In this document: positions 19,978 to 29,266 of the stretch, piece after piece | Layout of the letters: each line of letters opens with the position of its first letter | How positions within the stretch are numbered: position 1 is the stretch's first letter | NCBI GenBank assembly: GCA_964435275.1 | Contig: CAYSZA010000001.1 | Coordinates: 1-38,920, forward strand | Length of the DNA stretch: 38,920 nucleotides | Direction of reading: 5' to 3' | Source: an uncultured Methanosarcinales archaeon | GTDB lineage: Archaea > Halobacteriota > Methanosarcinia > Methanosarcinales > Methanosarcinaceae | Notes under the pieces: generated by a model | What the model was told of the DNA's origin: nothing | The model's input: the letters and a program-made list of their open reading frames with translations, nothing else | The model's database searches: none | Position numbers and translations under genes: made by a program

Positions 19978-20973
19978 TTAATTCACTGAGACTTCAAAAA
20001 AGCCTTCTTTTTCCTCTATCCTGAATTTGACATCAAGGAACTGCTCAGTAATCCAGATGTTTGTTGCAGTATGAGGAGAAAGTTCCCGGACAGTGTAAGA
20101 ACTATTGCCTGCAAGAGCCATATAAGGTATTAGCTGGTCTGCCAGATGCGTATCCACAGAGGCTCCTGCTCTGAGTTCATGAATTATTTCGTCTGCGGCA
20201 TGCCTGCCTACTTTTTCTGCGGGAAGTCCTCTTTCCCCAAGAGCACTCCCACCTATATAACCTGTCCAGAGGGTTATTCCGCTTCCAGTGGAAAAGGCTT
20301 CAAAAGATTGAGTTTCGATCTGTGAAGGGTATCCTGCTTCCATTAACTTTGCGCTGGCAGCTTCGGCCTGGCGTAAGGGCACATGAGCTGGAAGATTCGA
20401 AGCATGAGAGACTCCCATGATTTCTTCCTCTTCTTTTAGAAAATGGAATCCTTGCAGCCTGCACGGTTTAAAAGAAGCTGAAACTTTTCCTCCTCCTTTA
20501 GGATAGTAGCCGTGTTCCTCCAGGATTATTCTGCCTGAGTAACCGAATTGCTCCAGAGCCCTGAAAGTTACATGCTGCAGGTAGTCCACCGTCGGAGACC
20601 AGGCTACATCGGTTCCTCCTTTTACCGTGAGTTCAACCTTATCTTTCGCAAATGGCAGGGCAGGCATAATGCACTGGAGGAGCAGGGTTATGCTCCCTGC
20701 GGTCCCAATATCAATTTCATACTTACCCCCCTTTATTTCCACTGGAGCAAAGGAAAGCTCAGTAGAGCCCGGGAAAAGTCCCGAAACTTGAGCTTCGCAG
20801 ATTCTGGCTGCAGTTTCCAGAGCCTTTAAATGCTGCTGTTTCAGGCCTGGACTAGGCCTGTTTTTCCTGATATTTATAACCCTGATCTCTGTCCCCGTAA
20901 CTGCGGAAAGAGCAACAGCCGTTCTGACTAGCTGTCCTCCCCCTTCGCCGTAAGAACCGTCAATTTCTAACAT
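19978..20973 (-). CDS. rtcA: RNA 3'-terminal phosphate cyclase
   Basis: DGSYGEGGGQ, RPSPGL, TAGSI, GYYPKGGG, DTHLADQL and HTATN. Start placed at ATG 20973 (the ORF extends to 21006). Confidence 0.96.
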   Translation of the reverse strand: MLEIDGSYGEGGGQLVRTAVALSAVTGTEIRVINIRKNRPSPGLKQQHLKALETAARICEAQVSGLFPGSTELSFAPVEIKGGKYEIDIGTAGSITLLLQCIMPALPFAKDKVELTVKGGTDVAWSPTVDYLQHVTFRALEQFGYSGRIILEEHGYYPKGGGKVSASFKPCRLQGFHFLKEEEEIMGVSHASNLPAHVPLRQAEAASAKLMEAGYPSQIETQSFEAFSTGSGITLWTGYIGGSALGERGLPAEKVGRHAADEIIHELRAGASVDTHLADQLIPYMALAGNSSYTVRELSPHTATNIWITEQFLDVKFRIEEKEGFFEVSVN

Positions 20974-21002
20974 TTCCTTCCCTGTATTTTCCTGGTTTAG
21001 TC

Positions 21003-22478
21003 TCACTTTATCCTGTTGCCTTCTTTTTCCCTTATACTTCGGATTGCAGCTTTTACGGCTGGCCGGAGAGGGTCCACAAGCATGGAGACCGGCGGTGCAT
21101 AGCAGGTTTCCAGGTCAAGAAGGTCCTTGATAGTGACTTTTTTCCGCACGGCAAGGGAAAGAGCATCAATCCTTTCTTTTATTCCCTCTCCTCCGGCAAG
21201 CTGTGCACCTACCAGAACCTCGTCTTTAAACAGGAGTTTAATATACAAGTCTTTCCGACCCGGATAGTAGGAGGCCCTTGTACGCCCTCGGGAAGATCCT
21301 GCAACCACTTCTATTCCATGATTTTCAGCCTCTCTTGAGATAATCCCCACTCCGCCAAATTGCAGATCTCCTGCTACGGCTACCCAGGGGTCTGCAAGCG
21401 GCCCTATAACAGTACGTTTTCCTGTGATATTGTTGCCAATTATGTCGGCCATATGCCTGGCTGTTGTACCCAGCTGACTTAACCTGGGTTCCCCTGTTAT
21501 AAGGTCTGTTACCTCTACACACTCCCCGCCTGCATACACATCAGGAAGAAACTTTTCTCCTGACTTAACCTGGAGCATTTCGTTTACAGTTATCCCTCCG
21601 GCTTTTCCGATTTCGATTCCGGCCTCAAGGGCAAGAGAGATTTCGGGTCTAACTCCACTTGCAAGGAGTACAAGATCTGCAGGAAGCTGCCTGTCCCCCA
21701 CATATAACTTTTTTTCTTTCCAGAAGCTTTCAGGAAAAACAACAGGTTCTCCGGAGACAATCTCAATCCCGTGATTTTCCAGATGTTCCTTTATGATTTC
21801 AGTAATATCAGGGTCCAGTTGCCTGGAAAGCAGGTGTTTGCTTCTGCTTACAAGGGATGTTTTGATTCCTCTCTTCGCAAGTGCAACTGCACACTCTATT
21901 CCTATTGTCCCTGCGCCTATTATGCAGACTTCTTTTACATTCTTCAGTGCTTTTTCAAAAAGTATTCCATCAGCAAGACTTCTAAGGGTAAAGATACCAA
22001 AAGGGAGAATATTTGCGCTGCCTGTTCGAGGTATAAAAGGCAGACTACCTGTGGCAATCACGAGTTTGTCAAAAGAATGAGTTCCTTCGCCTGTCCGAAC
22101 AATTTTTAAGTCCAAATCTATTGATCTGGCGCACTCGTTCAGCCTGACATCTATCCGGTTTTTTTTGAAAAATTCCCAGGGTTTTACTATCAATTTTTCA
22201 AAACTCTCAATTTCCTGGCCCAGAACAAAGGGGATTCCGCAGTGGCTGTAAGCGGTATGGGAATCTCTTGAAAGTACGGTAATTTCAAAATCACTCTGTC
22301 TTCGAATTTTGGTAGCAACTGCCATGCCACAGGCTCCCCCTCCTATAATAACCACTCTTGAAGGATCTTTTTTTTCGGGGTTATGTAAGGATATTGTTTC
22401 CTGAGACTCTCCCTTAATTCCGGCTGATTTCCGGATATTATTATCTACAGCGCTTTGTGTGCCAAACACGCTTCCCAT
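21003..22478 (-). CDS. FAD-dependent pyridine nucleotide-disulfide oxidoreductase (NADH oxidase / CoA-disulfide reductase family)
   Basis: GGGACG, single redox Cys in SHCGIP, ATGS, GAGTIG and C-terminal YAPP. Confidence 0.88.
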   Translation of the reverse strand: MGSVFGTQSAVDNNIRKSAGIKGESQETISLHNPEKKDPSRVVIIGGGACGMAVATKIRRQSDFEITVLSRDSHTAYSHCGIPFVLGQEIESFEKLIVKPWEFFKKNRIDVRLNECARSIDLDLKIVRTGEGTHSFDKLVIATGSLPFIPRTGSANILPFGIFTLRSLADGILFEKALKNVKEVCIIGAGTIGIECAVALAKRGIKTSLVSRSKHLLSRQLDPDITEIIKEHLENHGIEIVSGEPVVFPESFWKEKKLYVGDRQLPADLVLLASGVRPEISLALEAGIEIGKAGGITVNEMLQVKSGEKFLPDVYAGGECVEVTDLITGEPRLSQLGTTARHMADIIGNNITGKRTVIGPLADPWVAVAGDLQFGGVGIISREAENHGIEVVAGSSRGRTRASYYPGRKDLYIKLLFKDEVLVGAQLAGGEGIKERIDALSLAVRKKVTIKDLLDLETCYAPPVSMLVDPLRPAVKAAIRSIREKEGNRIK

Positions 22479-22684
22479 ACTCCTAGTAGTTGTGTTTCAC
22501 GCCTATTATATGTTTTCAGGTAACCGAAAGGCTTTCAGGTTAATAAGCAGGGAGTCTGGTAAAGAGACTTAATTAGACCTTTAATCAGGTTCTTTTTGAG
22601 AAATAAACTCTTTAAAGATCTATATTTTACATCAAAAGGTGTCTACTAGCATTATTTGCAAAAAGCTGAAAATTACTTGTTACG

Positions 22685-22762
22685 CTTCAGGGGGGTCTGA
22701 ACGAGCGAGTTTGGGAGTGGGGGGTTAGTACATAAAAAAGTTTCTATGCCTCGCCCGTTCAA
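22685..22762 (-). ncRNA. Putative small structured RNA or 5' leader
   Basis: 12-bp stem 22750-22761/22698-22709 plus inner stem 22742-22749/22730-22737. The non-Watson-Crick positions are G-U pairs only on the minus strand. It begins at the predicted start site. Confidence 0.45.
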
Positions 22763-22780
22763 TTTTTTACAAGTCTTTCG

Positions 22781-22797
22781 TTTTATATATACTTTTC
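22781..22797 (-). promoter_or_regulatory. BRE + TATA box, minus strand
   Basis: The minus strand reads GAAAAGTATATATAAAA, implying a start site near 22761. Confidence 0.6.
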
Positions 22798-22996
22798 TAA
22801 GTTTTTCCATTTTATTATTATTTATAATTTTTAAATCTCCTACGGAGTTACTCTGAAGCATCTCCTCCGGAATTGTTTTGAAAGTACATTATTTCTAAAA
22901 TATCGTGTACGAAAAAACGATCCGAATTTGATATAATTTTTTAAATAACCACAAAGTTCTTAAAGCCTGCAGGCATTAGATATATGAATTTAAAAC

Positions 22997-23780
22997 ATGT
23001 GACGTACAGGGTTCCTCATTTGCCGAAATTCCTTTAAAGGCGGGCGAGAGTTGTTCTGTCAGGTCATATTATTGGTTAACAACTTCATCCATTCATCATC
23101 GCTAGATTCGTAAAGATAATCCAATGTAATTAATCTGCATGCAAATATAATAAAAACTTCAGATTTACTGCATTATCACTCAGGGCTAAAACAACCACTC
23201 AATGTAAAACTGAAATTCATATATCATCACCCATGAAGTTCAAGTCAAAAAGTGCTCTCAATAACCTGATAAGAATTTAACTTACCACTTACCAATTATC
23301 ACCATACAGCCCCTAATTTACGGGATAGGGCGTCTGGCACATTTTGGTTGCTCATGCCCGGATTCCTCGTACAGGGGTATTTCTTCAAAACTTGAGTTAT
23401 CAGGCTCGTTGAAAAGTGAACACTTATTTTGGCTTCGGGCTCTGAAATTTTCTCAGGGCTATAATAGAAACTTATGTTAGGGCAAGGGCTTTCGGGCAGA
23501 TATGGAAAGCCTCAGGAACAACGCAGGTATTATTGTCTGCCCAACTTGAAAGTCAGGAACTTCTCTATCTAAGAGAATCATTAAGCCAGGCTAATACAGC
23601 TCTGGAAATTTACCAGGTTCTCGTAAGGTAAGAGCTTCTACCAGACCTTTTAATTTCCTGCATTCTGCCGGATCAGGTCTGCTGGCATAAGTACAATGGA
23701 AAATCCAGGCAGGTCCGGAACTTTCTTCCCGGCAATAGTTGTCATTAGATCTGCCTCTTCAAGGGTGTTAATCCCTGACT
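22997..23780 (+). ncRNA. Putative large structured RNA / long dnaG 5' leader
   Basis: More than ten stems, some nested, with G-U pairs consistently favouring the + strand. No ORF of 60 aa or more (see findings). Confidence 0.5.
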
Positions 23781-24000
23781 CGATATGAAATCTGATTTTT
23801 ACTATTTTTGCATTGTTCAAACTTTACGAGTTTTCGGAATGTAAAGAATAATTCGTATTATCAAATTCGTATTATCAGGAAACTCGATGGTTTGTAATCT
23901 AGGAAAGCAACCAGTCATAATTGTTGGGAATAAATTCCTGAGAAAGTAGTTTTAAAAAATTATCACGATAAATCATTCACAATATTTGAGGAGAATTCAC

Positions 24001-25560
24001 ATGCAAAATACGGATACTACAAAGTACATCATTCATTCTAAGATTAACGCTGATGGGGTAATTGAACGTCCTGATATCGTAGGTGCGATCTTCGGGCAAA
24101 CTGAGGGACTACTCGGGGCTGATCTTGATCTTCGTGACCTGCAAAAAACTGGTAGAATTGGTAGAATCGAGGTAATGGTTACGGCTAAAGGAGGAAAAAC
24201 CAAAGGAAATATCTTTGTTCCCTCAAGTCTTGATAAGGTCGAAACCTCAATTCTTGCCGCGTCTCTTGAAACCATTGACAGGGTAGGACCCTGCAGCGCC
24301 AAAATTGAGGTTTTCCAGGTAGAAGACGTAAGAGCTGTAAAGCGCAAGAAGATTATCGAAAGGGCAAAGCTCATTTTTACTAAAATGTTCGATGAGACCG
24401 TGCCCGAGTCTCAGGAGCTGGCCGATGAAGTTCGGCAATCTGTGAGAGTTGATGAACTTACTTATTACGGAAAGTCCAGAATTCCATGCGGACCGAATGT
24501 GCTTAATTCAGATGCCATTATTATTGTTGAGGGAAGAGCTGACATTCTAAACCTGCTCCGTTATGGTATCAAGAATACAATCTGCGTGGGTGGAACGAAT
24601 ATTCCCCCTGAGGTTGCAGAGCTTACTAAAAAGAAAACAGTAACGGCTTTTACGGATGGGGATCGTGGAGGAGAACTTATAATACGTGAGCTCCTGCAAG
24701 TAGCAGATATTGACTATGTTGCCCGTGCTCCCGATGGAAAATGTGTGGAGGATCTTGTCCAGAAGGAAGTTATTAGAGCGCTGCGCCGAAAAGTTCCTGT
24801 AGAACAGATCATTGAGAAATACGGAATTCAGGAAAGGGAAGGCGAGGAAAGCGCCTGTAGATTGGAGAGGAGTTCCAAAAGAAAGATAAGAGCACCTGAA
24901 ATTGTCCCTCGAATTGCTGAAAAGAAATTACACAAGCGTATTAAGGTTCACAGAGTCTCCCCAAAGCCGGAAATCTACGGAGAGGAACACCCGGAAGAAG
25001 AAACAAAAAGAGCGGAACCTGAAAAGGCTCTTGAAAAGACTCCTGAAAAAGTTGCTGAAAAAGCACCGGAAGTAGCTCCTGTTACTGCAGAAAAAGTCAA
25101 ACCGAGACCTGTTCTCGCAAAACCCCAGATTTCGGCAAGGGCAGTTCCTGCTGCCACCAGAGTTCCCAGAGAAAAACCTGCTGCTGAGAAAATCTCGGCG
25201 GCCGTTAAAGTTCCTGGAGGTGAGGCTGTAAGAGTCTCGCCTGCCCCGGTAAAGACAGTTCCCGTTTCACCTGAAGCCGTCAGGTTCAGGCCTCATGTAG
25301 AAGCTCTGAAAGGGACTCTAACTGCCAGAATTCTTGATTCCCAGGATAAGGTAATAGAGGAGATTGCGGTCCGGGATCTTGCCAGCAGGCTGAAAACCTA
25401 TAAAGACAGTATCCAGAGCGTAGTTTTTGACGGCGTAATTACCCAGAGGCTCGTTGATATTGCTTCAAGTAACGCAATTAAGAATCTCATAGGTGTAAAA
25501 ATAGGGAATATTGCCAAAGTTCCTGCTGATATGGAAGTTTTAACAGCAAGCATGCTTTGA
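24001..25560 (+). CDS. dnaG: Archaeal DnaG (bacterial-primase-like, exosome-associated)
   Basis: [18 protein letters not shown] motifs IIVEGRAD and DGDRGG, C-terminal [13 protein letters not shown] 24001 follows GAGGAG. Confidence 0.96.
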   Translation: MQNTDTTKYIIHSKINADGVIERPDIVGAIFGQTEGLLGADLDLRDLQKTGRIGRIEVMVTAKGGKTKGNIFVPSSLDKVETSILAASLETIDRVGPCSAKIEVFQVEDVRAVKRKKIIERAKLIFTKMFDETVPESQELADEVRQSVRVDELTYYGKSRIPCGPNVLNSDAIIIVEGRADILNLLRYGIKNTICVGGTNIPPEVAELTKKKTVTAFTDGDRGGELIIRELLQVADIDYVARAPDGKCVEDLVQKEVIRALRRKVPVEQIIEKYGIQEREGEESACRLERSSKRKIRAPEIVPRIAEKKLHKRIKVHRVSPKPEIYGEEHPEEETKRAEPEKALEKTPEKVAEKAPEVAPVTAEKVKPRPVLAKPQISARAVPAATRVPREKPAAEKISAAVKVPGGEAVRVSPAPVKTVPVSPEAVRFRPHVEALKGTLTARILDSQDKVIEEIAVRDLASRLKTYKDSIQSVVFDGVITQRLVDIASSNAIKNLIGVKIGNIAKVPADMEVLTASML

Positions 25561-25574
25561 GAGACTTCTATCTC

Positions 25575-25880
25575 TCTCAATTTCCCATTTCCTTTCTATT
25601 TCTCTCAACTTTTCACTCTTTTGTAATCGCTTTTTTTATGATCTCCTTTTTGTGATCTCTTTTTTGTGTGATCCACTTTTTATAATTCTCTAATTAACTA
25701 CCATTTTATTCCCAATTATTCCCAATTTTCCACTTCTTTTCAATTATCTCTCAATTCCCAACTCATTTTCTACTTCCTACAGTTTTCCATTTCTTTTTCC
25801 AGCTTCTCTTTCGTTTTTTCTAGATTTTACTCTCTTTTTTGTTTCTTTTCTTGGCTAAAGTGTTTTTATTTTTTCAGAAG
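25575..25880 (+). terminator. T-rich tract after dnaG with degenerate repeats
   Basis: Multiple oligo-T runs and tttttt(g/a)tgatc(t/c) repeats at about 25630-25690. Confidence 0.5.
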
Positions 25881-26216
25881 CTAGTTTTCTTCCGGGAGTC
25901 ATTGTCTTTTCGCCCATTGATTTTCTAATATCGGGATTCTTATACTCTATGTTTTCTTCCAGAGTTGATTCTCTCAAGGCTGTCATCTTCTGTGCAATCT
26001 TTATGCATGGGGAATGTGGAATCACCACGATTTGGTATTATTTCACACTATAGTGCTAAACTTCACACTTTCTGCCATAATCCTTCATTATTTATCATAT
26101 ACATTATATAGAAAACTTTATAATACAAAACTAGGAAACTAATTTCCTCGGATAATTCTTTTATCCGATTCAAGATAATATTAAATTGATCTTGTAAAAT
26201 TGTAGGTCTGTTCGCT

Positions 26217-26495
26217 ATGCACAAGGAAGAGCTCATACAACTGCACACATATATGGCACAAATGAAGAGGTACTTTGAAAGGCACGGGGTAACGCACGAG
26301 TTTGATGACTACAAGGCTTTATCCATAAGCCCTGTACACATTCACCGGAGTAAGGCGGACCACAAGCGCGCAATTTTTATTTTAGGAGGCGAGCTTGCGA
26401 CTCTTATGTCCCGGGATGATCCTATCTTTGAGGAAACCTCAACCCAGATGAGGGAATCACTGAGTTCCGTCATCAAGCTCATGGGTAATAACTGA
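26217..26495 (+). CDS. UPF0058 family protein
   Basis: MHKEELIQLH...Y..L.ISP.HIHRSK..HK.AIF.L signature. Confidence 0.9.
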   Translation: MHKEELIQLHTYMAQMKRYFERHGVTHEFDDYKALSISPVHIHRSKADHKRAIFILGGELATLMSRDDPIFEETSTQMRESLSSVIKLMGNN

Positions 26496-27009
26496 TAGGA
26501 CCTTTAAGGGTGACAAAAAGTTCGTTGTCCGAGAATATAGGTTCCAGATATTTTTGTTTTGAGATCAGGAGACGGTAAGGGTGAAGATGCATTTTCATCA
26601 CCATCCCGTCCTCTCCATCTGAGTAATATTTTTTCTCGGTCCAGCAGGGTACAAATCCTATGGACCTGTATATTTTTTGTGCTCCTATGTTACTGTTTCT
26701 TACTTCGAGCCTTGCGTAACGAAGTCCGTTCGCAACAAAGATGTCACAGATAGCATGAATAAGTCCTGTACCTACTCCTCTTCCCCGGTATTCTTCTTTG
26801 ACACCGACAGAAAAAATATGCCCTTCACTTTCTGCGGAACGGTAGCCTACTACATACCCCACGACTTTTCCGTCCTCCACCGCGACAAGGAAACCATCCC
26901 CTACGGTTTCGTAAAAGCTCATATACAAGAGGGAGTTGTGCTCTGAAAAGGCCTCACTTTCAATTTCAACTACTTCCTGGAAGTCCTCAGGTGCAAAACG
27001 CCTTATCAT
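26479..27009 (-). CDS. rimI: RimI/Ard1-like N-acetyltransferase
   Basis: YRGRGVG acetyl-CoA motif, LEVRNSN..AQ and YYSDGED. Confidence 0.88.
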   Translation of the reverse strand: MIRRFAPEDFQEVVEIESEAFSEHNSLLYMSFYETVGDGFLVAVEDGKVVGYVVGYRSAESEGHIFSVGVKEEYRGRGVGTGLIHAICDIFVANGLRYARLEVRNSNIGAQKIYRSIGFVPCWTEKKYYSDGEDGMVMKMHLHPYRLLISKQKYLEPIFSDNELFVTLKGPISYYP

Positions 27010-27118
27010 AATATCTAATATATTCCTGCCATTTTATTATTTCTTCGAGAGGAAAAGTTTCTTCTGAACTCCTGCAGTCTGGGTTTCATAGAACCTACCT
27101 TCGAGATTCGCATACAGC

Positions 27119-28993
27119 TTAGAGTTTCTTGACATGTCTGACGTCCACTGCAACTCCCCTACTGGATTTTACCATTTCCTCTCCGCTCATTACAGCTCGC
27201 CCCACACAGAGAGCTTTCTTTCCAAGCACAATTACCTCATCATTAGGTCGTATTCCTTGATCTGCCTGAATCACTCCTGGGGCAAGAATGGAACCGCGCG
27301 GGAGAAAATCATCAATTTTTACCAGGTATTGCTCACTTTTTATCATCAGTTCAGCTCCCTCAAGGGAAAGAGCAAGCATTCCGTACTGCGGAACAAGGGT
27401 TGCAAGCTGCTTTTTTCCAGTAAAAAGCTGGTACTTGGGGAACCGGCCTTTGACCGTAAGCTTTCCAGTTTCCTCAGAAAAAAGAAGTCCTGCAGCTTCT
27501 CCGAATTGATATTCTGCAATTGCTCTCAGGAAGTTCTTTTTCTCTTCTTCTGCGTTCAAGCTTTTCTTGCTGAAATTTTCGGCTGTGCAAATAGATTCAA
27601 CTGTGTTCTTGAGATTTGAAAGGGCCTCTATAGACACAAGACTTCCTGTTGCAGTGTAGATTATTTCAATACCGAGTTTGCTTGCTGCCCGTTCACATAT
27701 TTCTCTGTATGCGCCTTCTACATGGGCAACCACGGTCTTATACCTGTATTTTGAGAGATAAGCCTCAAGGCAGCCGGAAACCCAGGCTTTTTCTTCTTCG
27801 TCCCAGTGCCCTGTAACCGCAGTGTCATAATGGGATGCAGGGTATGTCAGTTCCAGTTCCCTGGGTACTATTCCAAGAGGTGAGGTTAAAATCACTTCAT
27901 GAATAAACTTTCGGTATTTTCCAAGGGCCAGGATGAATTTCTGATGGGACTGGGAAGTTGAGTAAGGTTTTCTGGCTGCACATGGAAGTAGTACGAGAAT
28001 CTCGAGCTCTGGAGGTGAATACCTCTCCTGTATTCGCCGTGCAAATCTTGCCACCTCGATTCGGGATAAGGCTTCGGAAGTATCCGCAAGAAGCTGGTTT
28101 TGCCGAAAAGCAGGAGTTCTTTCCTCAAGGTAGGAATATTCGAAATCTCCAAGTCTTAACAGGGCTGTGAGCCAGGACCTGACTCTGCACTGACCTTCGA
28201 TATATTCCCTCAACGTTCCGGCCCTGATTCTTTCCCTCACAAGAGATAGTTCGGCTTCGAGAGCATCCCTGTTATGAGCTGAAAGGAATCTTGCTCTCTC
28301 GATTCTCGTAAGCTTCCTGAGCTCTTCAGGTGTACTTGCAGCACATAATCTGCACCTGCAGGGAAGCTCTGTCAGGGAGTCAAGATAAAAGCTGCCTGCT
28401 CCTGTCAGGTAGATATCAGAATAGGCTGCGATTTCTGCCCTTGTATCGTCCAGAATGTCAATTCCGAGATAGACCAGCATAGCTATATTCTCAGGAAGTG
28501 CCAGATTTGGAGCGTAGAGAGCTGTATCAGGAGGAATCTGGTTCTTAAGCTTTATTACAGTCTCGAGAAATCTCCGCGCATTGTTTTCCAGCGTGCCTGC
28601 CCCTTCCATTACATAGAGGTCGGTTTTCTCAGGCTTTCCTCCAACTCTCAGGAGAGAACCTGTTGGGCCTTCGATTTTTTCACCACTAATGGCAGTAAAT
28701 TTTTTGACCTTTCCGAGGGATTCGGCTGGAATGGCAGGTGAATAAGCTTGATGCGGCAGGATTATAAGAGTCCCGTTTCCTGCTTTTTCCCGAATTTGCT
28801 TTACGCGTGCCTCAAGCTCGGCATCGGATTTCACACTCCAGAGACTCCCTGCATCAACAACAGGGATAGGGCTTTCAAGCTTTCCGAGCTCAGCTGCACT
28901 TAAAATACAGGGCGTACGAAGCTCGGGAGACAGTAGAAATTTTCCGATCCTTGCTGCTCCGTCTCTCTGTTCTATCTCAAAGTACTGTGTCAT
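27119..28993 (-). CDS. arcS: Archaeosine synthase subunit alpha
   Basis: TGT-like N-terminus (DGAARIG), LLPCAARKPYS.S.SH, TSPLGIVPRELE and C-terminal PUA domain. Confidence 0.92.
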   Translation of the reverse strand: MTQYFEIEQRDGAARIGKFLLSPELRTPCILSAAELGKLESPIPVVDAGSLWSVKSDAELEARVKQIREKAGNGTLIILPHQAYSPAIPAESLGKVKKFTAISGEKIEGPTGSLLRVGGKPEKTDLYVMEGAGTLENNARRFLETVIKLKNQIPPDTALYAPNLALPENIAMLVYLGIDILDDTRAEIAAYSDIYLTGAGSFYLDSLTELPCRCRLCAASTPEELRKLTRIERARFLSAHNRDALEAELSLVRERIRAGTLREYIEGQCRVRSWLTALLRLGDFEYSYLEERTPAFRQNQLLADTSEALSRIEVARFARRIQERYSPPELEILVLLPCAARKPYSTSQSHQKFILALGKYRKFIHEVILTSPLGIVPRELELTYPASHYDTAVTGHWDEEEKAWVSGCLEAYLSKYRYKTVVAHVEGAYREICERAASKLGIEIIYTATGSLVSIEALSNLKNTVESICTAENFSKKSLNAEEEKKNFLRAIAEYQFGEAAGLLFSEETGKLTVKGRFPKYQLFTGKKQLATLVPQYGMLALSLEGAELMIKSEQYLVKIDDFLPRGSILAPGVIQADQGIRPNDEVIVLGKKALCVGRAVMSGEEMVKSSRGVAVDVRHVKKL

Positions 28994-29266
28994 GTTTGTC
29001 CTCTTATCTCTATCAGGATGTAAAGGTTTGTCCTGCGCTTTTTCCTGAAAGTTTCTTTTACTGCCTGCTTTCCTTGAGTTGAAGGGTGCTCAGCTTTACG
29101 TTTTACTCCGCGGCAACTCTTCAGGAGGAAGAAGGATGGTATATTCTTATATATTATTAATCTTGATTATCTGCTGCAACTCATCTTTCATTTATCTGTC
29201 ATTGTCTGTCTCAAGCTGTGACAGAAATCCTATTTTTCACATCTGAATTCCAATTTGAGGTCTAGA

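Noticed and set aside
19731..20024. F/S/L-rich ORFs
   Set aside because: Artefacts of the T/C low-complexity tract.
22673..22861. 62-aa minus-strand ORF
   Set aside because: It spans a TATA box and an AT tract; the region is better explained as a promoter plus structured RNA.
23706..23730. CAGGTCCGGAA as SRP RNA helix 8, or its reverse complement as the RNase P GAGGAAAGUCC motif
   Set aside because: The required continuation (GGAAGCAG/GGGAGCA) is missing, and no RNase P 3' P4 motif (ACAGAA..GGCUUA) was found.
29071..29126. Hairpin upstream of arcS (GAGTTG/CAACTC)
   Set aside because: A short stem with a large loop, within chance expectation.
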